Below are positions 36,170-46,900 of a stretch of 64,000 nucleotides of DNA, piece by piece (the stretch's first letter is position 1; the number at the start of each line of letters is the position of its first letter). The stretch is from an uncultured Actinomycetota bacterium. Lineage in GTDB: Bacteria > Actinomycetota > Actinomycetes > Actinomycetales > Micrococcaceae. The stretch is from contig CAVYMG010000015.1 in the NCBI GenBank assembly GCA_963769515.1, positions 3,450-67,449 on the forward strand. The letters run 5' to 3'. The notes under the pieces are model-generated. The model was not told the origin of the DNA. It searched no databases and was given only the letters and a program-made list of their open reading frames with translations. A program made the translations under genes and the position numbers.

Positions 36170-38260
36170 ATGCAGCACGCCGTCCGCCCGAAACTGAAAA
36201 GCCAAGTCCAGGCCATTGCGGTCACCGCCTCCGTGCTGCTCGTCGGAGCCGGAGCCGGCGCCGCGACGGCTGCGCCGGCTCCCCGGCCGGCTGCCGTCGC
36301 CGGGCAAACCTCACCGGCCGCACCGGACTCCGGAACCCTGACCAACCTGGGGCACCTGAATTTCCTGATGGATACCGTTCCGCTGAAGCCCGTGGCGGGC
36401 CACACCACGTATCGGCTCACCGAGCAGCCCTCGGCCCAGGCCCCGTGGACCTACGCGGACAAGAAAGCGGACGGCAGTTACACCCGGATCGGCGGCGGAG
36501 ATCTAGATCCGGCCACCGGCCATTGGACCCAGGGCGCCTACAATGCCGACGACATCTCCCGTGCCGCCGTGGTCTACCTGCGGCACTGGCAGCAGACCGG
36601 CGACCCCGCCAGCAAGGAACGCGCCTTCCAGGCCCTGCGCTCGCTGACATACCTGCAGACAACGGACGGACCCAACGCAGGGAACGTGGTCCTGTGGCAG
36701 CAGGACGACGGCACGCTGACGCCCAGCGCCAAGCCGGTGGAACTGCCGGACCCCTCCGATTCGGCCGAGTCCTACTGGCTGGCCCGCACTGTCTGGGCGC
36801 TCGGGGAAGGCTACGTGGCCTTCGCCGCGGCGGACCCCGAGTTCGCGGCGTTCCTGCAGGAACGGCTGCATCTAGGCCTCGCCGCGCTGAACAGGCAGTC
36901 CCTCGCCAAATATGGCAGCTACGACACCGCCGACGGCGCCCGGGTCCCGGCCTGGCTGATCGCCGGCGGCGCCGACGCCTCGGCGGAGGCCGTGCTCGGG
37001 CTGGCCGCCTACATCAAGGCCGTCCCGGCGGACAGCGTCGCCACGGCGGCCCTGTCCCAACTGAGCGAAGGCATCGCGGCGATGTCCTCCGGCTCCACCA
37101 CAGAATGGCCGTTCGGGGCCATCCTGCCCTGGAGCAAGTCCCGAACCCTCTGGCACGCCTGGGGCGGTATGGCCCCGGCCGCCGTCGCCACAGCCGCCGA
37201 GGCGCTGAACCAGCCAAGGCTGCTCGACGCGGCCGTGAAGGACTCGGCCCAATTCACCCCGCAACTACTCGCCGCGGGCGGACCTGACAACGCGTGGAGC
37301 CCGACGCCGGGCGAGTCCCAGATCGCCTACGGCGTGGACTCGCGGGTCCAAGGACTCGTGGCCACCGCGAAGGCGGCCGACGCCCCGGGCCTGCTGGACC
37401 TTGCCGCCGTCTCGGCAGGGTGGTTCTTCGGCGCCAACCCCAGCGGCGCGCCGGCGTACAACCCCGCCACCGGTACCGCCATCGACGGCATCGAACCCGA
37501 CGGCCGGGTCAACCCCAACTCCGGCGCCGAATCGACGATCCATGCACTACTGACCATGCTGGCCCTCGACGCCGAGCCGGCGCTGAAGTCGCGGGCACTG
37601 GGTATCAGCCGCACGGTCTCAACGCACGGACTCAGCGTTGTCGAGGCTGAATCCGGCACGATCACCGGTCCCGGCCAGATCGTGCGGCCGGACTCGGCCT
37701 GGACCGGAGAGGCCAACCTCTCCGGCGGCGCCTATGTCGCTTTGTCCGCCGGCGGGTCCCTGGCCGTCCCGCTGCCGGCCGCCGATGAGCCCCGCAACCT
37801 CTACCCGATCATCAACCAGGGCATCAGCCCCTCCGGCAGCACGTCCTGGACCTCAAGCAAGGGCAGGCTGGGCACCACCAGGAACGGCGGCGCCGGGGAC
37901 CAAGGAATCACCGACGCGCCGGGCCTTCTGTTCCCCTTCGCCCTCCAGCGGGCGCTCGGCGCCGGAGCGGGCGCCGTCGTCGGCAGCACCGACGGTGACG
38001 TTGCGCTGGATGCCGTGCTGATCCAGCCGGAGATCTCAACCGTGTCCGTTTCCGGGTCGGGCGGGGACTCGACGCTATATGTCAGCGCCGCGAAGTCCAC
38101 CGTGGTCAAGCAGGTCCAGGTCCCGGCCGGTTTCAGGCTGGAACAGCGCCAGTTCGACAGCAGCGGACAGCCTGTGCCCGGCAAACGCAGCGACGCCGGT
38201 TCGGGTCGTGTCATGATCGCTCCCGGGGGATTCACTGTGGTGACGCTCGTCGCCGGCTGA
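36170..38260 (+). CDS. Secreted hypothetical protein, probable alpha/alpha-barrel glycoside-acting domain plus C-terminal beta domain
   Basis: AAGGAG RBS, signal peptide, motifs YNADDISRA and NPNSGAEST. Confidence 0.75.
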   Translation: MQHAVRPKLKSQVQAIAVTASVLLVGAGAGAATAAPAPRPAAVAGQTSPAAPDSGTLTNLGHLNFLMDTVPLKPVAGHTTYRLTEQPSAQAPWTYADKKADGSYTRIGGGDLDPATGHWTQGAYNADDISRAAVVYLRHWQQTGDPASKERAFQALRSLTYLQTTDGPNAGNVVLWQQDDGTLTPSAKPVELPDPSDSAESYWLARTVWALGEGYVAFAAADPEFAAFLQERLHLGLAALNRQSLAKYGSYDTADGARVPAWLIAGGADASAEAVLGLAAYIKAVPADSVATAALSQLSEGIAAMSSGSTTEWPFGAILPWSKSRTLWHAWGGMAPAAVATAAEALNQPRLLDAAVKDSAQFTPQLLAAGGPDNAWSPTPGESQIAYGVDSRVQGLVATAKAADAPGLLDLAAVSAGWFFGANPSGAPAYNPATGTAIDGIEPDGRVNPNSGAESTIHALLTMLALDAEPALKSRALGISRTVSTHGLSVVEAESGTITGPGQIVRPDSAWTGEANLSGGAYVALSAGGSLAVPLPAADEPRNLYPIINQGISPSGSTSWTSSKGRLGTTRNGGAGDQGITDAPGLLFPFALQRALGAGAGAVVGSTDGDVALDAVLIQPEISTVSVSGSGGDSTLYVSAAKSTVVKQVQVPAGFRLEQRQFDSSGQPVPGKRSDAGSGRVMIAPGGFTVVTLVAG

Positions 38261-38285
38261 CCGGACATCCGGCCACCCGGCCACC

Positions 38286-38324
38286 CAGCCATCCGGACGC
38301 CATGCGCGGGCGTCCGGATGGCTG
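38286..38324 (+). terminator. GC-rich hairpin terminator (no U tract)
   Basis: Perfect 16-bp stem CAGCCATCCGGACGCC / GGCGTCCGGATGGCTG. Confidence 0.6.
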
Positions 38325-38472
38325 CTCGGTTCCTTGCCGGGCCGGCGGTTTCGGATTTTACCGAGTTGCAACACTAGGGACACCCGCATGAAACCGGGCG
38401 GGCGGATACTGGAAGTAGTCCGAAAAGGACGCTTTTCATGCCGCATTGGGGATTACCCGAAGGACTCCGTGC

Positions 38473-41100
38473 ATGCCGACTCCGCTTAACCAGTCCCTGG
38501 CCGACTCTGCCCTCCTGACGAAATCGCTCCCGCTCGGTCTGCTCCGTGCTTTTGTGCAGACCGACGCGGCGGACGACGGTTTGACGCCGCACCTGCTGTC
38601 CCAGCTGAAAGTCCTGGCTCGCACGCCCGGGCTCCTGGTGGCCTGCAACTACGGCGGCACCCTGTGCGAAGCGGAAGGCATTTCCACCGAAACCCTGCCG
38701 CTGGGCAGTGCCGCAATCGCCCTGCGCGCCCTGGCCGCCCTGCCCAATACCCACGCCGCCGTGATCTCCGGCCGCTCCCTCCGCGACCTCGCGGCCGTCT
38801 CCCGGCTGCCCGCGGAAGTGCACCTCGTGGGATCCCACGGTGCCGAGTTCGACATGGGCTTCGCCCACGAAATCTCGCTCGCTACCGAATCCGTCCTGCA
38901 GCAGGCCAGCCTGGCACTTTCTGAGACAGTGGGGGCGTACCGGGGGGTCAGCATCGAGCGGAAGCCCGTGGCCGTCTCCGTGCACACGCGGTCCGCCGCA
39001 CCGGAGATCGTGGCGCTCACCACCGAAAAAGCCCTGCACATCGCCCGGGCGCACGGCCTGCATTTCATCGTGGACGGGTCAGTCCTGGACCTGAGCGCCA
39101 CGGAGCCGACCAAAGCCACGGCACTGGAACACCTGCGGTCCATGCTGGGCGTCAGCGCGGCCCTCTACGCGGGGGACGCGTACAGCGACGAACTGGCCAT
39201 GGCAACCCTCCGGGGACCGGACCTGGCCCTGCACGTCGGGGGCGGGGACACAGCGGCCGCCCATCGGCTCCGGGACCCGGAGTCCTTCGCCCGGGTGCTG
39301 GCGGTCCTGTTCGAACTGCGGCGCGCCTGGCTTTTCGGCGAGGACGCCGTGGGCCTGGAACGGCACTCCATGATCGGGAACGGCGCATCGACGGCGCTGA
39401 TAACGCCGGACGCCAAGGTCTGCTGGATGAGTCATCCGCTGCCGGATTCCGGCTCGCTCTTCGCCCACCTTCTCGGCGGCGATGCAGCAGGACACTTTTC
39501 CGTGGCACCGGTAAAACCGTCGGAGGTCCTGGGCCAGCGCTACGTCGACAGCACCATGATCGTCGAGACCCGCTGGGCGGACGTCACCGTGACGGACTAC
39601 CTCGAGCCGGCACCGGAGGGCGTCACCAGCCTCGTCAGGGTGCTGTCCGGCACCGGCTCGGCCAGAATCGTGTTCGCGCCGCGGCCCGACTACGCCAATG
39701 CCCCGTTCAGCATGGAAACCCGCGGTTCCGAACTGCACGTGGTGGGAACGGCGGATCCGATCGCGTTGCTGGCCCCCGGGGTGGATTTTGAGCTCACGTC
39801 GGACGGCCGCCACGCGACGGCGACCGCCGTCGTCGACCTGGGCGCCGGCGCTGTCGTGCTGAACCTGCGGTGCGGCGACACGGCACCCGAGCCTGCCGTT
39901 CCCGACGGCGAAACCGGCCGGCGGTCCGCCGTCGCGCATCACTCCCGCCGGTGGGTGCAGGATTTGACGTTGCCACGGGTGAAGCCGTCCCTGGTCCGCC
40001 GCTCGGCGTTGGTGCTGCGGGCCCTTGTCCACGAGCCGACGGGGGCGGTGCTGGCCGCACCCACCACCTCCTTGCCGGAAGGGATCGGCGGGACCCGCAA
40101 CTGGGACTACCGGTATTGCTGGCTGCGGGATGGATCGATGACAGTCAACGCACTGGTGGATCTCGGCTCCACGGCAGAGGCGGACGGATTCCTGGCCTGG
40201 CTCGGCAGGATCGTGGCGCAGGCCCGGGGGCCGGAATGGCTGCATCCGCTGTATTCGGTGACCGGCGCGCCGCTGTCCACTGAGGCCGTCATTGACTCGC
40301 TGCCCGGTTATGCGGGATCGCGCCCGGTCCGGATCGGCAACGCCGCAGACCACCAAGTGCAGCTGGACGTCTTCGGGCCGATTGCCGAGCTCATTGATGC
40401 CCTGGGCGCGCGTCAGGGCGTTCTCTCCGACGCGCACTGGGAGCTGCTGGTCCAGATGGCGTCGGCGGTCCTGGCCCGCTGGCACGAGCCGGACCACGGG
40501 ATCTGGGAGGCCCGGCGGGCGCCCCGGCACCACATCTACACCAAGGTGATGTGCTGGGTGACCCTGGACCGGGCCCTGCGCACGGCCGCCCGGCACGGCC
40601 GGGAGCCGCTGCCCGCCTGGGCGCTGGCAGCGGACGCCATCCGTGAGGAAGTCCTGCGCGAGGGCTGGGACGAAAGCGCCTCCTCCTACACGGTGGCCTA
40701 CGACAGCCCGGACCTGGACGCCGCAGTGCTGCATATCGGACTCTCCGGCCTGCTGGACGTCACCGACCAGCGGTTCCTGGACACGGTGACGGCCGTCGAA
40801 CGCGAACTGCGGGTTGGGCCCACCGTCTTCCGGTACCGGTACGACGACGGACTGCCGGGCCTGGAGGGCGGCTTCCACATCTGCACCACGTGGCTGATCG
40901 AGGCCTACGTTGCGGTCGGCCGCATCGAGGAGGCCTGGGACCTGTTCGACCAGCTGGTGAATCTCTTCGGACCGACCGGCCTGCTGCCGGAGGAATACGA
41001 TCCCGGCACGGAAACCCACCTGGGCAACCACCCCCAGGCATACTCGCATTTGGGCTTCATCCGCTGCGCGCGGTTGCTCGATCAGCACCAGAAAACGTAG
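38473..41100 (+). CDS. Trehalose-phosphatase-like HAD domain fused to GH15 trehalase/glucoamylase-like domain
   Basis: N-terminal HAD-like (CNYGGTL, GSHGAE, GDAYSD); C-terminal GH15 motifs NWDYRYCWLRD, GIWE, GLLPEEYD, LGNHPQAYSH. Confidence 0.88.
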   Translation: MPTPLNQSLADSALLTKSLPLGLLRAFVQTDAADDGLTPHLLSQLKVLARTPGLLVACNYGGTLCEAEGISTETLPLGSAAIALRALAALPNTHAAVISGRSLRDLAAVSRLPAEVHLVGSHGAEFDMGFAHEISLATESVLQQASLALSETVGAYRGVSIERKPVAVSVHTRSAAPEIVALTTEKALHIARAHGLHFIVDGSVLDLSATEPTKATALEHLRSMLGVSAALYAGDAYSDELAMATLRGPDLALHVGGGDTAAAHRLRDPESFARVLAVLFELRRAWLFGEDAVGLERHSMIGNGASTALITPDAKVCWMSHPLPDSGSLFAHLLGGDAAGHFSVAPVKPSEVLGQRYVDSTMIVETRWADVTVTDYLEPAPEGVTSLVRVLSGTGSARIVFAPRPDYANAPFSMETRGSELHVVGTADPIALLAPGVDFELTSDGRHATATAVVDLGAGAVVLNLRCGDTAPEPAVPDGETGRRSAVAHHSRRWVQDLTLPRVKPSLVRRSALVLRALVHEPTGAVLAAPTTSLPEGIGGTRNWDYRYCWLRDGSMTVNALVDLGSTAEADGFLAWLGRIVAQARGPEWLHPLYSVTGAPLSTEAVIDSLPGYAGSRPVRIGNAADHQVQLDVFGPIAELIDALGARQGVLSDAHWELLVQMASAVLARWHEPDHGIWEARRAPRHHIYTKVMCWVTLDRALRTAARHGREPLPAWALAADAIREEVLREGWDESASSYTVAYDSPDLDAAVLHIGLSGLLDVTDQRFLDTVTAVERELRVGPTVFRYRYDDGLPGLEGGFHICTTWLIEAYVAVGRIEEAWDLFDQLVNLFGPTGLLPEEYDPGTETHLGNHPQAYSHLGFIRCARLLDQHQKT

Positions 41101-41125
41101 CCGCGCGTGGCGGCGGAGCCGGTGA

Positions 41126-42031
41126 TTATTCGCAGGCGATGCCGTCGCCGTCGCCGTCCAGGGCGCTGCTGTATCCGGGCTGTCCCGCCCGGATCGGCGC
41201 GGCCCCGGCGGCGCGGGCTGCGGCACAGGTCGCGTAGGCGGCGACAGCCGGAGCCGGCGCCTGCGCCGGCGAGTCCGGCGCCGGTGTCTCGGGGCAATCA
41301 CTGAGCACCCGGGCCATGGCGTCGCGTTCGGCCGCGGTGACCCATAGCCCGTAGCTGGACTTGACCGAGATCTGCCGGGCGACGTACTCGCAGCGGTAGG
41401 GCTTGTTCGGCGGCAGCCAGGTCGCTGCGTCGCTGTCGCTCTTGGCATTATTGGCCGGACCATCCACGGCCAGCAGGTTCAGCGGATCGTTGGCGAAGGC
41501 GAGGCGCTGCTCCGCGCTCAGCTGCTGCGCCCCTTTCTGCCAGGCGTCACTGAGGGCCACCACATGATCGATCTGCACAGCCGTGCTGGTCTCGGCGCCG
41601 CGCAGGAAGTTGATGGGCTCGGCCGTATAGGGGTCGTTGAGGACGCCGGAGAGCACCACGCACTCCTTGGTGCCGGGCTTCAACGCGATCGAGGCAAGGT
41701 CCCTGCGGAGCATGTCGTTGCGGGTGTCACAGCCGTTACGGTCGACGTCGGCCCAGGCGGGGCCGAATTCATCGCGTGAATAGCCGGTCTTCGGCGCCCG
41801 GCCCTTGACCGGCAGTCCGGCCAGTGCCTCAAGTGCCTGTCCGGCATCGGCTGCTCCGGGCGCCGGCGCCGTGGCGGCTGCTGCCGGGTCGCCGGGCGCG
41901 GTCGCAGGCGCAAGTCCGGTGCTGGTGCAAGCGGTGGCGGCGAGCAGCAGCACCCCGGTTACCGCGCGGGCTAGCCAGCCGGCTGGGCCAATTGTCGTGC
42001 TGCTGCGGCCAGTCGTCACTATATTCCTCAA
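41126..42031 (-). CDS. Lipoprotein with DUF1524 HNH nuclease domain and C-terminal excalibur Ca-binding domain
   Basis: LAATAC lipobox, QIDHVVALSDAW, NDPLNLLAVDG, LDGDGDGIACE. Confidence 0.85.
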   Translation of the reverse strand: MRNIVTTGRSSTTIGPAGWLARAVTGVLLLAATACTSTGLAPATAPGDPAAAATAPAPGAADAGQALEALAGLPVKGRAPKTGYSRDEFGPAWADVDRNGCDTRNDMLRRDLASIALKPGTKECVVLSGVLNDPYTAEPINFLRGAETSTAVQIDHVVALSDAWQKGAQQLSAEQRLAFANDPLNLLAVDGPANNAKSDSDAATWLPPNKPYRCEYVARQISVKSSYGLWVTAAERDAMARVLSDCPETPAPDSPAQAPAPAVAAYATCAAARAAGAAPIRAGQPGYSSALDGDGDGIACE

Positions 42032-42298
42032 TATGCATATACGTCGTCATTCCGACCATCCAGCTTAGCGGCAGCGGGCAGGCCCGGCGGCCACAGGAAT
42101 CATGGGCACGGAGTATGCCACGTCAAGCATGGCCGGAACGGTGAGGAGGGGAGTGGCAGGGTGATGACCTGGCCGCGGTGAGGCCGGCCTGATGCGGGCT
42201 GGCCGTGTCTCTTGTCGCGCGGCGGGGGCGGAGGTCACTACCCCCGTACCCGTCCGCTTTCCCGGGCCGCTTCCGAGGGCCGGGCCAGCGTGCTGTCT

Positions 42299-42727
42299 TC
42301 AGCTCAGGGCGGCGTTATTGAGGGCGTGCGGCGCGCGCACCAGCCCCGGGGTGATGCCGTCCGCGGGGTCGTTGCCGATCTGGACAATCTTGTTGTCCTT
42401 GTCGACGTGGACCACGCGGGGCGAGTAAGCCTTCGCTTCCTCCGTGGTCATTTCGGCGTAGGTGATCAGGATGACGATGTCATCTTCCTGCATCAAATGC
42501 GCCGCGGCACCATTAATTCCAATCACACCCGAGCCGCGTTCGCCGGCAATGGTGTAGGTCTCCAGCCTGGCGCCGTTGGTGACATCGACGATGGCGACGA
42601 GTTCCCCGGGAAGGATGTCGGCGGCCTCCAGCAGGTCCAGGTCAACGGTGACGGAACCCACATAGTGAAGGTCCGCGTGCGTGACTGTGGCGCGGTGGAT
42701 TTTGGACTTGAACATTGTGCGTTTCAT
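42299..42727 (-). CDS. panD: Aspartate 1-decarboxylase
   Basis: [14 protein letters not shown] self-cleavage site, INGAAAH. Confidence 0.96.
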   Translation of the reverse strand: MKRTMFKSKIHRATVTHADLHYVGSVTVDLDLLEAADILPGELVAIVDVTNGARLETYTIAGERGSGVIGINGAAAHLMQEDDIVILITYAEMTTEEAKAYSPRVVHVDKDNKIVQIGNDPADGITPGLVRAPHALNNAALS

Positions 42728-42800
42728 ATCCACACCAGTCTAGCGCGGGCCCGTGCCGGACGCTGTGGCGGACGGCACTCCGGCGCAAGCCCGGCGGGGT

Positions 42801-43763
42801 TCAGCGGGCCGGCGCCGATGCCGGTGAGGCCGGGGCGATGGAGGTTGCCGTCGCTGCGAGGATTTCCCGGGTGACGACGATGGCGGGGCGTTTGGCGCTG
42901 GACCGCCGGGCCGAGGTGAAGACGGTGCGCCGTGGCCTGGCCGGCAGTTCAAGGAGCTGCGCGGTGGTCCCGCGGCCGGTCCACACGAGGTCCGGCATCA
43001 GCGCTACGGCGTTGCCGGATTCGATCAGCCGGATCTGTGCCTGCAGGTCGGCTGTTTCGAAGCGCACGTCGGGTTCGAAGCCGGCGCTCCGGCAGGCCTG
43101 TTCGGCCCAGTGCCGCGAAGCCGCGCCGCGCGGCTCCATGACCCAGGGCAGTCCGGCCGTGTCCTCGAGCGTACTCACGGGGGCTCGGTCCGGCGACGCG
43201 GGGGGTACGGCCAGCCGGATCGCGTCGCTGGTCAGGGCTATCCGGTCCAGTTCCGCATAGCGCGGGGCGGCGTGGCCGGGGTACTGCTCCGCAATCACGA
43301 GGTCGAAGTCCCGTGCCCACGTCTCATGCAGGGCTGTCTCCGGCTCCCGCTGGGTCATCTCGACCCTGACCTCGGGGTACTGGGTGGACATCCGGGTCAA
43401 TGCCCCGGGCATAAGCGCCAATGCGGCGGACTGGAACACTGCGATCCGGACCGTGCCGGTCACGGTGGTCAGGGAGGCCGCGAGATCAGCCTCGGCCTGC
43501 TCCAGGGTTTCGAGGAGCTGCGCCGTGTGGGCCACGAGGACCTCGGCCTGGGGTGTCAGCTGCACGCGGCGGCCGGTCTTGCGCAGTAGTTCGACGCCGG
43601 CTTCCTTTTCCAGGAGGGCCAATTGCTGGGACACGGACGAGGGGCTGTACTGCAGGGCATCTGCCACCTCGGCCAGCGTGCCCCGGATCTTCAGTTCGCG
43701 CAGCAGGCGCAACCGCCGGACGTCGAGCATCTGTAACTCCTTGCGATTGCTGATGAATTCCAT
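42801..43763 (-). CDS. LysR family regulator, probable putA regulator (start may be 43730)
   Basis: LDVRRLRLL...YSPSSVSQQLALLE HTH; divergent from putA. Confidence 0.9.
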   Translation of the reverse strand: MEFISNRKELQMLDVRRLRLLRELKIRGTLAEVADALQYSPSSVSQQLALLEKEAGVELLRKTGRRVQLTPQAEVLVAHTAQLLETLEQAEADLAASLTTVTGTVRIAVFQSAALALMPGALTRMSTQYPEVRVEMTQREPETALHETWARDFDLVIAEQYPGHAAPRYAELDRIALTSDAIRLAVPPASPDRAPVSTLEDTAGLPWVMEPRGAASRHWAEQACRSAGFEPDVRFETADLQAQIRLIESGNAVALMPDLVWTGRGTTAQLLELPARPRRTVFTSARRSSAKRPAIVVTREILAATATSIAPASPASAPAR

Positions 43764-43972
43764 CGATGAAGATCCACTTTAGCTAAAGTGCCGGGATTCG
43801 CATATTGACTTGGGCCGGCCGGGAAGCCGCAGGCGCCGCGATCCGGCGCGTGATATGCCAGCGCCGCTGAGTCCTTTGTTTTTCTAATCAGTATTGCTCA
43901 GAAAACATCGCTTTATCTTATGAGACGGGGATCGCATACTGATATTAAGCGTTCCGGAATCTTCAGAAGCAG

Positions 43973-46900
43973 GTGTCAGCCATGAGTAACATGTCCACGA
44001 AGTCCGGCGTCGTCGACGCCGCCGAGGTCCTTGAGTCAACCGCACTGGCGGAGGAGACAATCGGGCTGGTGCGGCGCTGGCTGACCGAAGCGTCGGCGGT
44101 TCCGGTGGATGCCTCCGCGGCCCAGCTCGCCGGGGTGCTGAAAGACCCGAACGGGCTCGACTTCACCGTCGGATTCGTCGACGGCGTCGTCCGCCCCGAG
44201 GACCTGCATGTCGCGGCCCGGAACCTTGCGGCGCTGGCGCCGAAGGTCCCGGCGTTCCTGCCCTGGTACATGCGCAGCGCTGTCCGGATCGGCGGCACCA
44301 TGGCCCCGGTCCTGCCGCACGTGGTTATCCCGATCGCCCGGCGCGTCCTGCGCGAAATGGTGGGCCACCTGATCGTCGACGCGACCGACGCCAAGCTGGG
44401 CCCGGCCATCGCGAAGATCCGCAAGGACGGCATCAACCTCAACGTCAATCTTCTCGGTGAGGCTGTGCTCGGGGAGCGGGAGGCGTCCCGCCGGCTCGAA
44501 GGCACCCACACCCTGCTGGCGCGCCCGGACGTGGACTATGTCTCGATCAAGGTCTCGTCCACCGTGGCCCCGCATTCGCCATGGGCCTTTGACGAGGCTG
44601 TTGAGCACGTCGTAGCGAAGCTCACCCCGCTGTTCACCCGCGCCGCGTCCTTCCCGAAAGCCAAGTTCATCAACCTGGATATGGAGGAGTACAAGGACCT
44701 GGACATGACCATCGCGGTCTTCACCCGGATCCTGGACAAGCCCGAGTTCAAGAACCTCGAGGCCGGAATTGTGCTCCAGGCCTACCTGCCGGACGCCCTC
44801 TCCGCCATGATCCGGCTGCAGGACTGGGCGGCAGCCCGCCGCGCCGACGGTGGAGCCGCGATCAAGGTCCGGGTCGTGAAGGGCGCAAACCTGCCGATGG
44901 AGCAGGTCGAAGCGTCCCTGCACGATTGGCCGCTCGCCACCTGGGGCACCAAGCAGGACTCGGACACCAGCTACAAGTCCGTCATCAACTATTCGCTCCA
45001 CCCGGAACGGATCAGCAACGTCCGGATCGGCGTCGCCGGCCACAACCTTTTCGACATCGCGTTCGCCTGGCTGCTGGCCGGCAAGCGCGGCGTCCGCTCC
45101 GGCATCGAATTCGAGATGCTGCTCGGAATGGCGCAGGGCCAGGCCGAAGCCGTGAAGAAAGACGTCGGCTCGCTGCTGCTCTACACCCCCGTGGTCCACC
45201 CGGCCGAGTTCGACGTCGCGATCGCCTACCTGATCCGCCGCCTCGAAGAAGGCGCCAGCCAGGACAACTTCATGTCTGCCGTGTTCGAACTCAGCGAGAA
45301 CGAATCCCTGTTTGAACGGGAGAAGCAGCGCTTCCTGGCCAGCCTCGAAAACCTCGACGACTCCGTCCCGGCCCCGAACCGCCGGCAGGACCGTCGCCTC
45401 CCCGCCGAACCGATGCCGCGGAACTCGTTCAAAAACACCCCGGACACGGATCCGTCGCTGCCCGCCAACCGGGCCTGGGGACGCGCCATCCTGGACCGCG
45501 TCCCGGGCTCCTCCCTGGGCAACGCCGCCGTTGAAGCAGCCACCATCACCGACGAAGCCACCCTGAATGCGGTGATCGGGACCGCCGTCGAAAAGGGCAA
45601 GGCCTGGGGCGCGATGACCGGCGCCGAGCGCGCCGCCATCCTGCACCGTGCCGGCGACGTCCTCGAGTCCCGCCGGGCGGACCTGCTCGAAGTCATGGCC
45701 AGCGAAACCGGCAAGACGCTGGACCAGGGTGACCCGGAAGTCAGTGAAGCCGTCGATTTCGCGCATTACTACGCCGAATCCGCCCGCAAACTCGACGACG
45801 TCGACGGTGCCACGTTTACGCCGGCGAAGCTGACCGTGGTCACCCCGCCGTGGAACTTTCCCGTCGCGATTCCGGCCGGTTCCGCACTCGCGGCTCTCGC
45901 GGCAGGCTCCGCCGTCGTCATCAAGCCGGCCAAGCAGGCCCGCCGCAGTGGTGCCGTGATGGTCGAGGCCCTGTGGGAAGCCGGCGTGCCGAAGGGTGTG
46001 CTCACCATGGTGCAGCTGGGCGAACGTGAGCTCGGAACCCAGCTGATCTCGCACCCGGCCGTGGACCGGGTCATCCTCACCGGCGGGTATGAAACCGCCG
46101 AACTGTTCCGCTCCTTCCGCCAGGACCTGCCCCTTCTCGCCGAAACCAGCGGCAAAAACGCCATTATCGTGACCCCCAGCGCGGACCTGGACCTCGCCGC
46201 GAAAGACGTCGCCTATTCGGCATTCGGCCACGCCGGTCAGAAGTGCTCCGCCGCGTCCCTCGTGATCCTGGTCGGATCCGTGGCGACGTCCAGGCGCTTC
46301 CACCACCAGCTCCTCGACGCCGTCACTTCGCTTCGGGTCGGCTACCCCGAAGACCCGCGCAGCCAAATGGGCCCGATCATCGAACCCGCCAACGGCAAGC
46401 TCCTGTCCGCCCTGACTACGCTGGGCGAGGGTGAAACCTGGGCCGTTGAACCGAAAAAGCTCGATCGCACCGGCCGGCTGTGGAGCCCGGGCGTCCGCTA
46501 TGGAGTCAAGCGCGGATCCTACTTCCATCTCACCGAGTTCTTCGGCCCGGTTCTGGGGGTGATGACGGCGGACACATTGGAGGAAGCCATTGCGATGCAG
46601 AACCAGATTGAGTACGGCCTGACCGCCGGCCTGCATTCCCTCGACACCGACGAACTCGGCGTCTGGCTGGAGTCCATCCAGGCAGGCAATCTCTACGTCA
46701 ACCGCGGCATCACCGGCGCCATCGTCCAGCGCCAGCCCTTTGGTGGCTGGAAGAAGTCAGCTGTTGGCGCCGGCACCAAGGCCGGCGGGCCCAACTACCT
46801 GCTCGGGCTCGGCGAATGGGCCAGCAAGCCCAGCACTGCCACCGCGGCACCGGCACACTCCGGTGTCCGCCGGATTGTCGAAGCGGTCCGGGGGATTGTC

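Noticed and set aside
42070-42298. Possible riboswitch in the GC-rich gap
   Set aside because: Only weak pairing, no recognisable cobalamin, SAM or TPP core, and no downstream gene in a suitable orientation on the plus strand
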